From NCBI GenBank assembly GCA_028279595.1, contig JANQNK010000006.1, forward strand, positions 32,001 through 96,000: 64,000 nt of DNA. The letters run 5' to 3'. Source of the stretch: Thermoplasmatota archaeon. Lineage in GTDB: Archaea > Thermoplasmatota > JAKEGO01. Below, piece after piece: positions 40,996 through 50,425 of the stretch; position 1 is the stretch's first letter; each line of letters opens with the position of its first letter. Below the pieces are notes generated by a model. The model did not search any database and had not been told where the DNA came from. It saw nothing but the letters and a program-made list of their open reading frames with translations. A program made the translations under genes and the position numbers.

Positions 40996-42477
40996 ATGAT
41001 ATCGATGAGTTCGAGAGGACCGATGTATCTGATAGCGTTCCTGCTATCGACCATACTTCTCCTTCCAGGGGCCGCTGCGGAGAGCTCCACGCCTGCGGAC
41101 GTACTCCACGACAACATCTTCATCATCGTCCTGCTGATCATCGCGATCGTGGCATTCGCGATCGTCTATACCCTGCTGTCCAGGAAGCTCAAGAGGTTCA
41201 AGAAGAGGCGGACGAAGAAGCTCGGCAGGAAGGCCGCGGAGCTCGTGGTGTTCACGGTGAAGGCGGTCTACTGGATAATCGCACTCACTGTGTTGCTGAA
41301 CATCGCGGGCCGGATCGACGTCCTTGCGGACAGCGACCTTTTCCCGTGGCTCCTTGACCTCCTCAACATCGGTCTGACCTTTGTCATCCTTCTGCTCGTG
41401 ATGAGGATACTCCTCATCGTCGTGAACGATGTCACCAACAGGATGAAGAACTCGAAGAAGGGCGTCCTGAAGGGCGTGCCACCGACGACGTTCATACTGA
41501 TACAGTTCGTCCTCCGCTACCTGATAATCTTCATCTTCGGCGTCACGATAATGCTGATATTCCTCGCGAAGCTCGGTCTCTACGATCTGATCTCGGGCAG
41601 CATCAGCGATTTCCTAGTTAGCAATTCCAACTACATCTCGTTCATCGTCGTCCTGGTCGTGATCGCGTTCGTCGCGAAGAAGTTCATACACATCTTCATC
41701 GACGACCTGAAGAAGCGTCAGGACAAGTTCTCGCCCGAGATGATGGACACAGCCGAGAAGGCGCTGACGATCGTCATCTACGGCCTGTTCGCCCTGATCA
41801 TCGTATTCGCGATACTCTCGATGGCGGGCATGGCCGAGCTCGGACAGACCATCCTGGTGATGATGATCACCATGACCGGTATCGTCGTGGCGATGGTCGC
41901 TACCGGGTCCATCGGCAACATCCTGTCAGGAATGGTCCTCCAGAGCATGAAGCCTTTCGAGGTCGGCGACAGGGTGAAGATAGCGGAGTACACAGGCGAC
42001 GTCGAGGAGATGACCCTGGTCTTCACACGGATCAGGACCCTGAGCAACGAGGTCGTCGACGTTCCGAACAACAACGTCCTCGCACAGGAGATATTCAACT
42101 ACACGGCCGCGGAGACAGTCACGATCGACGTCACCGCTGGGATCGGATACGAGGTCCCCGTGGAACTGGTCAGGAAGCTCATGCTCGAGGGCGCGGTGGC
42201 GACGGACGAGGTGCTCAAGGAGCCAGCCCCGGTCTGCCTGGCCACGGACTTCGGCGATTACGCGATTAACTACGTCCTCAAGGCGGCGACCGACCGTCCT
42301 ACCGATATCCCGATGATAAGGTCCAAGCTCATCGAGAACGTCCAGAGGTCCTTCTACGAGGCGGGCGTCGAGATCCTCTCACCCATGTACATCGTGAGAA
42401 GGGGCGAGGAACCGCCCGACGCGGTCGAGGTGCGGCGTCGGTACGAATCCCTGAGGTCGGAAGGGAAGGAGACGTGA
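40996..42477 (+). CDS. MscS family mechanosensitive channel with extra N-terminal TM helices
   Basis: GNILSG....KPFEVGDRV.I...GDVEE....T.IRT...V.VPN; C-terminal gating-domain motifs. Confidence 0.92.
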   Translation: MISMSSRGPMYLIAFLLSTILLLPGAAAESSTPADVLHDNIFIIVLLIIAIVAFAIVYTLLSRKLKRFKKRRTKKLGRKAAELVVFTVKAVYWIIALTVLLNIAGRIDVLADSDLFPWLLDLLNIGLTFVILLLVMRILLIVVNDVTNRMKNSKKGVLKGVPPTTFILIQFVLRYLIIFIFGVTIMLIFLAKLGLYDLISGSISDFLVSNSNYISFIVVLVVIAFVAKKFIHIFIDDLKKRQDKFSPEMMDTAEKALTIVIYGLFALIIVFAILSMAGMAELGQTILVMMITMTGIVVAMVATGSIGNILSGMVLQSMKPFEVGDRVKIAEYTGDVEEMTLVFTRIRTLSNEVVDVPNNNVLAQEIFNYTAAETVTIDVTAGIGYEVPVELVRKLMLEGAVATDEVLKEPAPVCLATDFGDYAINYVLKAATDRPTDIPMIRSKLIENVQRSFYEAGVEILSPMYIVRRGEEPPDAVEVRRRYESLRSEGKET

Positions 42478-42484
42478 TGTTGAT

Positions 42485-42907
42485 ATGATAAAGCTCGGAG
42501 ACAAGGTGACCCTGGAATACACGCTCGCGCTCACCGATGGAACGGTCCTCGAGGAGGCCGGCAAGGATGAACCCTTAACCGTGGAGGTCGGCAAGGCCGA
42601 CATCATGGAGAGTGTCGAAAGGGCGCTGGTCGGCATGGAGGCAGGACAGGACAAGCTCGTCGAGGTGGCACCGGCCGACGCCTTCGGAGAGGTGAACCCC
42701 GATCTGGCCATCATGGTACCGTTCGACGACTATCCCGAGGGAATGTCACTGAAGCCCGGAGAGACGTTCATGCTCCCTCTCCCGAGCGGCGATTCCGTTC
42801 CCGCCCGTGTCACGGGCCTCGACGAGAAAGGGGTGACGATAGACCTGAACCATCCATTGGCCGGGGAGACCCTGATAGTCAAGATAAATGTCATAACGGT
42901 CGTATAG
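42485..42907 (+). CDS. FKBP-type peptidyl-prolyl isomerase (SlyD-like)
   Basis: V.LEYTL, ERAL.GM..G, DAFGE, IDLNHPLAGETL. Confidence 0.92.
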   Translation: MIKLGDKVTLEYTLALTDGTVLEEAGKDEPLTVEVGKADIMESVERALVGMEAGQDKLVEVAPADAFGEVNPDLAIMVPFDDYPEGMSLKPGETFMLPLPSGDSVPARVTGLDEKGVTIDLNHPLAGETLIVKINVITVV

Positions 42908-42914
42908 GCATCGA

Positions 42915-43670
42915 TCAAACATGCCTGAGGTTCTCGCGCCATATCTCCAACAGCTTGGCCACGACCTCGTATTCGTGCTGATATCTTTTCGGATTCAACT
43001 TCGTTAATTGGGCCTCGAGGTAGGTCTCGATCGTCGTGTCCGGGATGTACCTGAAGAGGCCGTAACCCCAGAGTTTCGTAGGATTCCTAGGATTCGAGTA
43101 GAAGTCCCAGAACCTCAGCCGTGCCCGTTTTGGTATCTTGATCGACGTGTCCGGGTCCCCGGTGAGGATGGTGCTCCCGTAGCGCTCGTCCATCCGGTGT
43201 CCGACCACCCTCAGGAACCCGAAGATGACCCGGTCCTCCTCCGAGTCCTTGGGTCCGCGAGTCGTCATGAGGGCCAGCTTGCCGACGAGCTCGTCCTCCG
43301 CCTTGATGGACTTCCCCGGCCTCCTGTCAGAGATGACCCCCGAACCGAACTCGTTCTTGGTGAAGATCCTGCACTCGTAGCACGGGTATTTCCCAACGCG
43401 CTTCCTCTCGCCCTTCTCGAGCTGGTTGCACGGGTTGTCGTCCTGGGTGCACCAGGCGTGTTTCGCATCGTGGATGTTCCATTTCCGACCCTTCGGTCCG
43501 CAGGGTCTGGAATAATCGCTGTCCAGCCAGTTGCACTTGAACGCCAGGTTCTTGTCGGTCTTGAACCGACCCCCCGCGAGCATCCGTTCCATCTCTCCCT
43601 CGAGGTACTCCTGTCTGCATACCTTGCAGCGTGTCCAGACGGTCCCATGCTTGCAGAACCCCGACGGCAT
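42915..43670 (-). CDS. Cys-rich hypothetical protein
   Basis: CKH...CKVC knuckle; NLAFKCNW, WC...C, CYEC, LALMTTR...EEDRVIFG, FWDFY, WGYGLFRY. Confidence 0.75.
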   Translation of the reverse strand: MPSGFCKHGTVWTRCKVCRQEYLEGEMERMLAGGRFKTDKNLAFKCNWLDSDYSRPCGPKGRKWNIHDAKHAWCTQDDNPCNQLEKGERKRVGKYPCYECRIFTKNEFGSGVISDRRPGKSIKAEDELVGKLALMTTRGPKDSEEDRVIFGFLRVVGHRMDERYGSTILTGDPDTSIKIPKRARLRFWDFYSNPRNPTKLWGYGLFRYIPDTTIETYLEAQLTKLNPKRYQHEYEVVAKLLEIWRENLRHV

Positions 43671-43906
43671 TTCCAACGTACCCCTGGCTGTCCGACCCGC
43701 ATGCTGTCTGACGGAAGTTCATCAATGCGATCCCCCACATCTCCTTCCTATCATATACAGCAGGCCTGCTGCGGGCCTTGGTAACCCCCTATAGGAACCG
43801 GTAACTACTTGTTACTTTTGGCAGTCGAAAAACAGTCTGGCTTGACAATGAGTTTGCCGAATATGGGCAGGGTTCTATGGATGGACCATTGGAAGGAATG
43901 ATGTGC

Positions 43907-44034
43907 GGACGCCGTCCTTACAGCCAGCCGAGGTGCTGTTCGGACGGACGACGCCCTTCGCTGCGGCTGTGATCTATCACCTCTTGCGGCGTCTAGCCGC
44001 ACCCGGCCGTGAAGCCGGGCACCTCAAGAACTAC
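43907..44034 (-). ncRNA. Structured small RNA, HgcC-family-like
   Basis: 128-nt GC-rich intergenic element with its own TATA-like CTTAAA (44050-55); stems GUUCUUG/UAAGGAC, CCCGGC/GCCGGG, GCGGC/GCCGC, GAGGUG/CACCUC; family assignment is from recalled similarity only. Confidence 0.6.
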
Positions 44035-44112
44035 ATCGGTCCAGGGATGTTTAAGTTTTACGTCCAGGCCTTACGTTAATTCCGATAATTTTCTTCGGAA
44101 TATGCGGAACGG

Positions 44113-44820
44113 TCACAGGCGCGACAACCATTCGTAGGACAACCACGCCTTCCATGCCGATAGCACGGCGATGAACGCAAGGCCAAGTACGAAGGCCCCA
44201 AAGTTGAAGGGAAGGAGCACACCGGCGAGCAGCGTCGCGATCGTTCCGAACATCGCTGAATAGGTCCCCTTCTTCAGGTCCCATCTCTGGATCCGGTAGG
44301 CCGTCGCCGTCATTATCAATGCGGCCACCGCGAGCAGCAGGACGACCGTCTCGCCCATCAGGACCGCGGCCATCAGGATCGCGAGCGTCCCGATTGCGAC
44401 GGCGGATGCGAGTCTCATAGCCAACGTCGGGTCGAAACCACCTGTATCGCGTCCAGCCAACCTTCCTTCGATCAGCCTGTGGACGGCCTGGACGTTCCAT
44501 CTGTTCCTGTCGTCCTCGAGTCGCTCCCGGTCCTCTTCCTCGATGAACTCGGAGACTATGCTGACCTTCGTACCCTTCTCGGTCTTCGAGAACTCGATGT
44601 GGAGCTCCTCGCCCTTCGCTTCAAGGGAGACCGGTGTAAGCGCTTCGATCCGCTTTTTCTTCCTCGCGGCCCTGTCGACCTTGAACTGGATATCACTGAG
44701 CGCCTTGAGGGTGGAATTGAACACCTTCGAGTATGGGTGCTCGTATGTAACGCTCTTCTTGGAGCTGTTGGCGGAGCGTCCGAAGTCCTCTTTCGGAGTC
44801 CCCTTCTCTTCCTCTCCCAC
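44113..44820 (-). CDS. Hypothetical membrane protein (soluble N-terminal alpha/beta domain plus about four TM helices)
   Basis: Coding-like composition; hydrophobic C-terminal half. Confidence 0.7.
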   Translation of the reverse strand: MGEEEKGTPKEDFGRSANSSKKSVTYEHPYSKVFNSTLKALSDIQFKVDRAARKKKRIEALTPVSLEAKGEELHIEFSKTEKGTKVSIVSEFIEEEDRERLEDDRNRWNVQAVHRLIEGRLAGRDTGGFDPTLAMRLASAVAIGTLAILMAAVLMGETVVLLLAVAALIMTATAYRIQRWDLKKGTYSAMFGTIATLLAGVLLPFNFGAFVLGLAFIAVLSAWKAWLSYEWLSRL

Positions 44821-44857
44821 GGAAGCGGATGCGTTTACGATTCAAAAAGGTTGTTCG

Positions 44858-45658
44858 TCATGTGGTCCATTTGTGGTTGCACATCGGACATTTCCACTTG
44901 CCCAGTAATGTCTTTTTGATTGAGCCACGCTGTCCACATGCCATGCAGACAGTAGGTCCCTTGCCAGCGTTAGGGAATCCTCGTTCCTTTACCATCCTTC
45001 GGAAGTATTCCCGTCCCTCGGGGTCCGGGATGTCATGTATGCTCGTGTACTTCATTCCCTTCCATTGATATACATCATCCGAGCCAGTCTGGGTCTTCAG
45101 CCCATTGCTGTATTTTCCTTGCCTATCGAGGAATGACATGACGAGGTCGAACTCGTCTCTCATTTGCGACGACATCTCGGTGTCAGGTACCTTAACGGTG
45201 ACGTCTCCCAACGATATCTGGAGAAATCTGACTGGATAGAGGTCATCGAAGGATCGCGCTTCTTGATCATATCCGGTTGACAGGATGCGAAGGAAGTTCT
45301 CCTTCATCGACGGAGGCAACCTGTTGACCTCGTCCCTGTTGATAACCCATACGGTAAGTTTCATGGAGAATCTGCCCTCCTCAAGTCTCTTGTCGAACAT
45401 GTCACGTTTCCCCCTCCTCTCTAGATCCTCTATGAAGTGGTAGTAAAGTCCCGACCATTCTTTTGGAGGTGTCCCCTTGAAACCATCGGTGGAAACCGTG
45501 TGTGACTTGCGCTCAGTGACTATTGGTTCTACCGCACTGAATACGATCTCTGCATCTCCTTTAGGTACGTCATCGATGGACTGATAGGTCTCAACATCGC
45601 CCTCTTTCGTGAGAACGATCGTCCCATCTTTCTTAATACTGACATTCGCCCTGCCCAT
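44858..45658 (-). CDS. Hypothetical protein with C-terminal Zn ribbon
   Basis: ATG at 45658 (MGRANVS) downstream of a CTTAAA box; CMAC...CPMC; lower GC than the flanks. Confidence 0.7.
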   Translation of the reverse strand: MGRANVSIKKDGTIVLTKEGDVETYQSIDDVPKGDAEIVFSAVEPIVTERKSHTVSTDGFKGTPPKEWSGLYYHFIEDLERRGKRDMFDKRLEEGRFSMKLTVWVINRDEVNRLPPSMKENFLRILSTGYDQEARSFDDLYPVRFLQISLGDVTVKVPDTEMSSQMRDEFDLVMSFLDRQGKYSNGLKTQTGSDDVYQWKGMKYTSIHDIPDPEGREYFRRMVKERGFPNAGKGPTVCMACGQRGSIKKTLLGKWKCPMCNHKWTT

Positions 45659-46000
45659 TTTGACACCCAGTCCATCGAATGTTGTTAGAGTTTTAAGTTT
45701 ATCGGTGTGACCAAGATACCGAAACCCGCACTGTAGGTAACTGCTTGATGGATTCACGATCTTGCACTGAATACACCTTAGGGTAGTAATTAAAGGGTAT
45801 GTTTTTATAGAAAATTGATAATGCCCGGCTGATATTCTCACATTCTCGCCGTAATTCGGCGATTAGTGGAATATCCTCATAATTTGCGAGAAATCAAACG
45901 AGTTCATGTTCCTTTGTTGCTCAGCAGTTCGCAACTGTCCATATCAATTTCAACCACCTCTCCGAAGGCTATTTATCGGAGTGACGGTTCATTCGGTAAC

Positions 46001-46645
46001 ATGAACAAGAGGAGCCTCGAGATAACGCTCGAACGGGTCCCGCCGATACCTGAACCGGATGCGGAACTCGAACAGTACAGCACACCCGCCACGGTCGCTG
46101 CGGACCTGGTCTACACCGCTTTCATGCTGGGCGACGTCGATGACATGAACATCGTCGACCTCGGGTGCGGCACTGGTATCCTGGCGATCGGGGCCTCACT
46201 ACTCGGGGCTGAGAAGGTCACAGCAATAGACATCGACCCGGAGAGCCTGGAGGTAGGCCGGGAGTCGGCGGAGGAGCTCGGAGCTGAGGTCGAGTTCATC
46301 GAAGGGGACATCTCTATCCTCGAGGAGAGGTGCGATACCATCATAATGAATCCGCCATTCGGCGCACAGACGAAGCACGCCGACAGGGCGTTCATAGAGA
46401 AGGCCATCGAGCTGTCCAATGTGATCTACTCCCTTCACAACGGAAATACGGCGGACTTCATTCGCGGTTTCGCTGCAGAGCTCGAGGCGGGTGTGACGCG
46501 CGAGTGGGACTACGAGTTCACCATCAAGAAGCAGTTCGACTTCCATTCCCACGACAGGGTGGACGTCGACGTTACGGCCTTTCGTATAGTACCCGGTCGA
46601 TATCACATCGCATCCGACGATGATGAGGAAGAGGACGGATACTGA
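46001..46645 (+). CDS. METTL5-family N6-adenine RNA methyltransferase
   Basis: LEQYSTP, DLGCGTGILAIG, MNPPFG, ADRAF, YSLH; start reassigned to MNKRSLE. Confidence 0.9.
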   Translation: MNKRSLEITLERVPPIPEPDAELEQYSTPATVAADLVYTAFMLGDVDDMNIVDLGCGTGILAIGASLLGAEKVTAIDIDPESLEVGRESAEELGAEVEFIEGDISILEERCDTIIMNPPFGAQTKHADRAFIEKAIELSNVIYSLHNGNTADFIRGFAAELEAGVTREWDYEFTIKKQFDFHSHDRVDVDVTAFRIVPGRYHIASDDDEEEDGY

Positions 46646-46657
46646 TCGGTAAGGCCG

Positions 46658-47368
46658 TCATACAGTTCTCGAAGGGCAGATGTCATTGAGAATGCAGTTC
46701 TGACACAGCGGTCTCCTGGCGTCGCATACCTGCCGTCCGTGACGGATGATATTGATGTGGACATCGAGGTATCGCTCCTCGGGAAACATGTCGGCCAGAA
46801 TCTCGTGGGCCTTCTCCCTGGAGACCTTCTCCCCGATCAACCCTAGGCGCTTCGTGACTCGATGGACGTGGGTGTCGACAGGGAATGCAGGTATCCCGAG
46901 GGAGAACTGGAGGACTATGGCCGCTGTCTTCGGACCGACGCCGTTCATGGAGATCAGATACTCGTGGGCTTCATCGGGTCCCATGTCCGAAAGGTAATCG
47001 AGGTTCAACTTCCCTGTCTCTTCCTTTATCTGACGTAGTGCGCCCACTATGTACGATGCCTTTGCCTTGGCGAGTCCGCAGACGTAGATGGCTTCTTCTA
47101 TCTCGCCGATCTCTGCAGCGAGGACCTCCTCCCATGTCGGGAAGCGGTCCCGCAGCTCCATCCACGCCCTGTCCCTGTTGACATCGTTCGTGTTCTGGGA
47201 GAGTATGGTCAGAACGAGCTCCTCGAGCGGAGGCATTTGCCTTACCGTCGGGATGCCGTACTCGTCGCGGAGCCGGTCGGCCACAACGAGGGCTTCCGCT
47301 GGGATCCGTTTTGTCTCGGGGTCCACGTCCCCTATCTCAGAATTGTTGTCATGGCCCGGCGGGCTCAT
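46658..47368 (-). CDS. nth: Endonuclease III family HhH-GPD DNA glycosylase
   Basis: ILSQNT.D, GVGPKTA, FPVDTHVHRV, C..RRP.C..C.L...CP Fe-S loop. Confidence 0.9.
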   Translation of the reverse strand: MSPPGHDNNSEIGDVDPETKRIPAEALVVADRLRDEYGIPTVRQMPPLEELVLTILSQNTNDVNRDRAWMELRDRFPTWEEVLAAEIGEIEEAIYVCGLAKAKASYIVGALRQIKEETGKLNLDYLSDMGPDEAHEYLISMNGVGPKTAAIVLQFSLGIPAFPVDTHVHRVTKRLGLIGEKVSREKAHEILADMFPEERYLDVHINIIRHGRQVCDARRPLCQNCILNDICPSRTV

Positions 47369-47562
47369 GTCGGCCTCTCGAGGACCTTCTTGTAGGAGGT
47401 CACGTAGCCGGCGATCCTGTTCTTGAGGCGAGACGACTGGATCGACGCGAGCTCCGCTACCATCTCCTTGTTGTGCTCGAAGTCATCCGTGAACTTGTCC
47501 GGATACCTCTCAAGGAGGTCGATCGCGACACGCTTTATGTACGTCGGTCTGATGTTGCCCAT
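47365..47562 (-). CDS. rps17e: 30S ribosomal protein S17e
   Basis: MGNIRPTYIKR...FT.DFEHNK...KNRIAGYVT. Confidence 0.97.
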   Translation of the reverse strand: MGNIRPTYIKRVAIDLLERYPDKFTDDFEHNKEMVAELASIQSSRLKNRIAGYVTSYKKVLERPT

Positions 47563-47706
47563 TCTGTCTCACCGTAGGTGTGCCATACCGAAAGGGTATA
47601 TTATAGTTTTGCTGGAATACGAAGGGAAACATCTGCATGAATCGTGCACAAAACATGTCCAGAGGGTCGTCGAAAGGCCTAAAAGGGGTGAGGTGGAATC
47701 ACTTGC

Positions 47707-47862
47707 ATGCCCCACGAGGAATGGAAGTTCAGCGACAATGACATCTGCCCGGTTTGCGGCAAGAAGAACTTCTGTACCGAACACCAGTACATGAACAGGT
47801 CGTGGTGGGAGGAGTACCAGAAGACCTTCGTCTCGTGGCGAAAGGTGGACGAGGAGGAATAA
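47707..47862 (+). CDS. CPxCG-type zinc-finger microprotein (51 aa)
   Basis: Translated by hand: MPHEEWKFSDNDICPVCGKKNFCTEHQYMNRSWWEEYQKTFVSWRKVDEEE; GGTGAGGTG SD-like sequence upstream; stop 2 nt from the trpS stop. Confidence 0.7.
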   Translation: MPHEEWKFSDNDICPVCGKKNFCTEHQYMNRSWWEEYQKTFVSWRKVDEEE

Positions 47863-47864
47863 GC

Positions 47865-49163
47865 TCAGTCGTCCATGTATTCTTTGACGATATCCCTGGC
47901 AGCCTCGCGTTTCTCGGCAAGGTCGGAAAGGAACGACTCGAGGAGCTCGGCCGCCTGGGCCTTGCAGGCACCGCAGAGACGGTCGCCGTCCAGGCACTCC
48001 TTCCTGACGGCCGCCAGTTCGTCGTCGCTCTCGATCAGATGGAAGTTGAACATCTCGTAGACGCTGCAGATGTCGGGTTCACCGCCCTGCTCCCTCTGTT
48101 CCTCTGCAGTGGTCCGCCCACCGGTCACTGCCGCCTTCATCTTCTTGATGGCCTCTTCCGGCGTGTCGGTCAGGAATATCGCGCTCTCCGGTATGGACGA
48201 CGACATCTTGCCGCCGGTCAGGGCGGTCATGAACATGTTGTAGGACGATGACGGGGCGAAGAAACCGTACGATCCGCGGGAATGCTCGAGTTCGAGCATC
48301 CTCAGGTTCGCTTCCTCGACGGACATCTCAGGGTAAAGTGCTCTGTACGGTTTGTTGGCCTCGACCTTGCCATGCTTGAGCAGCTCGGTCTCGGCGGCGT
48401 CCAGGTCCTCCATCGGCCTGTCGCCCTTCAGGAACACACCGGTCCCCTGTTCTGTCTCCTGTACGCTGTAGTAGCGGAATGCCTTGGCGATATCCCGGCT
48501 AAGTCTGATGTGCGGGTCCTGATCGACCCCGACAGGCACGATCGTCGGCCTCGGCCCTCCATACTTGTCGAGCTGGACGTGGAGGATGTCCCCCACCTGG
48601 ACGAGAGGGCTCATGATATGCGACATGTTGGTCTCGTCGGTGAACCCGTAGACCGCCTTCATCGTCGACCAGTTGACGGGCCGCGACATCTCGAAGGCGA
48701 TGTCCATGACATCCTTCCTCTTCGATTGCGAATAGATGCTGGTCCGTTCCTGGGGAAGACCAAGCGCGATATAGTTCAGTATGTACTCCTCGATCGCCAA
48801 ATGACGGCTCTCATCGAGAGGCACTCCCCGGGCACCCCAAGCCTCAATGTCGGCCACAGCGACGAAGACGTCGGCCCCCCACCTGTGATATGCCAGTACC
48901 TGGTCGAGCACCATCTTGTGTCCGAAGTGCATCTTCCCGGAAGGGGCGAGACCGGTCAAAACCGCGAAACCTGTCCCATCGACTATCGCCCTGTGGACTG
49001 GATCGAAGCCGCGACAACCGAAGACCACCCCCCTCCGGAACTGTATGGGTGGGTCAGGCATCGGGAACCGTTCCATGGAGAACTGCTCGATACCGAACTT
49101 CTCGATGAGCCTCCCGTAATCGTACGTCTCCGACGCCCACGGGTCGATCCTGTCCTCGGGCAT
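47865..49163 (-). CDS. trpS: Tryptophan--tRNA ligase
   Basis: PSGKMHFGH, VPVGVDQDPHIRL.RD, KMSSS, A.TGGR. Confidence 0.97.
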   Translation of the reverse strand: MPEDRIDPWASETYDYGRLIEKFGIEQFSMERFPMPDPPIQFRRGVVFGCRGFDPVHRAIVDGTGFAVLTGLAPSGKMHFGHKMVLDQVLAYHRWGADVFVAVADIEAWGARGVPLDESRHLAIEEYILNYIALGLPQERTSIYSQSKRKDVMDIAFEMSRPVNWSTMKAVYGFTDETNMSHIMSPLVQVGDILHVQLDKYGGPRPTIVPVGVDQDPHIRLSRDIAKAFRYYSVQETEQGTGVFLKGDRPMEDLDAAETELLKHGKVEANKPYRALYPEMSVEEANLRMLELEHSRGSYGFFAPSSSYNMFMTALTGGKMSSSIPESAIFLTDTPEEAIKKMKAAVTGGRTTAEEQREQGGEPDICSVYEMFNFHLIESDDELAAVRKECLDGDRLCGACKAQAAELLESFLSDLAEKREAARDIVKEYMDD

Positions 49164-49259
49164 GAGCCTGGAACGACGGATGGTTAGTTAAAGTTTGTCG
49201 AGTGACCATGTTCTCATGAGGACAGTTCATTATTTGTATAGGGGTACAAATCCGACAGC

Positions 49260-49544
49260 ATGGACCACTGGGGACCGACTCAGGTGGCCTGCAACTGCGG
49301 AAAGGAGGTCTTCTCTGTCAGACGAGAGGAGAAGGGACCGATGATCCTCAAGTGCTTCGAGTGTGGCCGCGATCAGTTGTGGACGACACCAGACGATTTC
49401 AGCGGATATATCCGATGTCACAAGTGCGATGGATTGACCTTCTATGTCTACAGTCCATCGGAGGAGACAGATGAGCTTTGCTTTCAGCTGATTTGCACAG
49501 AGGACGGCACGATATCCTTTCTGAACAGGGGTTCTCCCGAGTAG
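49260..49544 (+). CDS. Small double Zn-ribbon-like hypothetical protein
   Basis: CNCG...CFECG...CHKCD...CTEDG, internally repeated pattern. Confidence 0.65.
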   Translation: MDHWGPTQVACNCGKEVFSVRREEKGPMILKCFECGRDQLWTTPDDFSGYIRCHKCDGLTFYVYSPSEETDELCFQLICTEDGTISFLNRGSPE

Positions 49545-49645
49545 GTCACGATGGTGACCACTGGTCGTAGAAGGGCGTGGGATCGGAAGCTCGTGAATGG
49601 GCATTCTTCAAACATCCTTAAATACGGAAATGGGAATGAAGTGAC

Positions 49646-50425
49646 GTGTCCTGGGTCACGTTCATGCGGGGGAAGAAATCCACGTCCTGGCGTCTCTTCA
49701 AGTTCCTGTTCCCCATAGCCCTCGCTGCACTCTACGGACTGCTCCTCTTCCTCATGCTCAACTGGGAGACGTTCCAGGTGGTGGGCGGTGGTCTTCTCGT
49801 CTACTTCGTGCCGCCAGCCGGTAAGGAATCCGTCATTCCCGCCATGGTCGCCCTTGGCATCGATCCGATGTTCGCGGCACTCAACGTCGCCCTCGTGGAC
49901 ATCTTCGGGGCGATATTCCTCGCGTGGAACTTCGACCTCTTCGAGAAGATACCTGGCGTCGGCTGGGTCATCATGAAGATCGAGAAGAAGTCGCTCGAGA
50001 CATTGGACAAGAACCCGTGGATGGACGAGGTCGCATTCGTCGGGCTCATCATATTCGTCATCGTACCATTCCAGGGTAGCGGCGCAGTCGGCGCATCTAT
50101 CCTCGGGAACATAATCGCCATGAAGCCGGAGAAGGTGCTCCTGGCCGTCGAGATAGGAGCCATAGTGGGAACCCTCGCGATCGCTTACCTCTCTAGCGTC
50201 TTCATCGCGTTGATATTCACGAACATCCTCTATGCGTTCGTGTTAGTGGCATTGCTGGCCGTATTCTTCCTGATGATGATGAAGGTCAAGGACAGGGCCG
50301 TGAGGAAGCACGAGGAGAAGGTCAGGAACGGAACTGCCAAACCGGTGGTGAGGCAGACCCGGAGATACAATCCTGAAGAGGACAAGGGTAAGAAGCCCAA
50401 AGGTAAGGGGAAGGTGAAGAAATGA
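49646..50425 (+). CDS. Membrane protein, putative small multidrug export (COG2426-like) family
   Basis: PPAGKESVIP, GLIIFVIVPFQGSGA; multiple TM helices; ATGA-coupled to the next gene. Confidence 0.78.
   Translation: MSWVTFMRGKKSTSWRLFKFLFPIALAALYGLLLFLMLNWETFQVVGGGLLVYFVPPAGKESVIPAMVALGIDPMFAALNVALVDIFGAIFLAWNFDLFEKIPGVGWVIMKIEKKSLETLDKNPWMDEVAFVGLIIFVIVPFQGSGAVGASILGNIIAMKPEKVLLAVEIGAIVGTLAIAYLSSVFIALIFTNILYAFVLVALLAVFFLMMMKVKDRAVRKHEEKVRNGTAKPVVRQTRRYNPEEDKGKKPKGKGKVKK

Noticed and set aside
43907-44034. Structured RNA as SRP RNA, RNase P RNA or 5S rRNA
   Set aside because: Too short for SRP or RNase P and lacks their conserved motifs; no 5S-like sequence
45659-46000. Track-predicted N-terminal extensions of the two divergent flanking genes
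   Set aside because: AT-rich promoter region; TATA-like boxes precede the internal ATGs at 45658 and 46001
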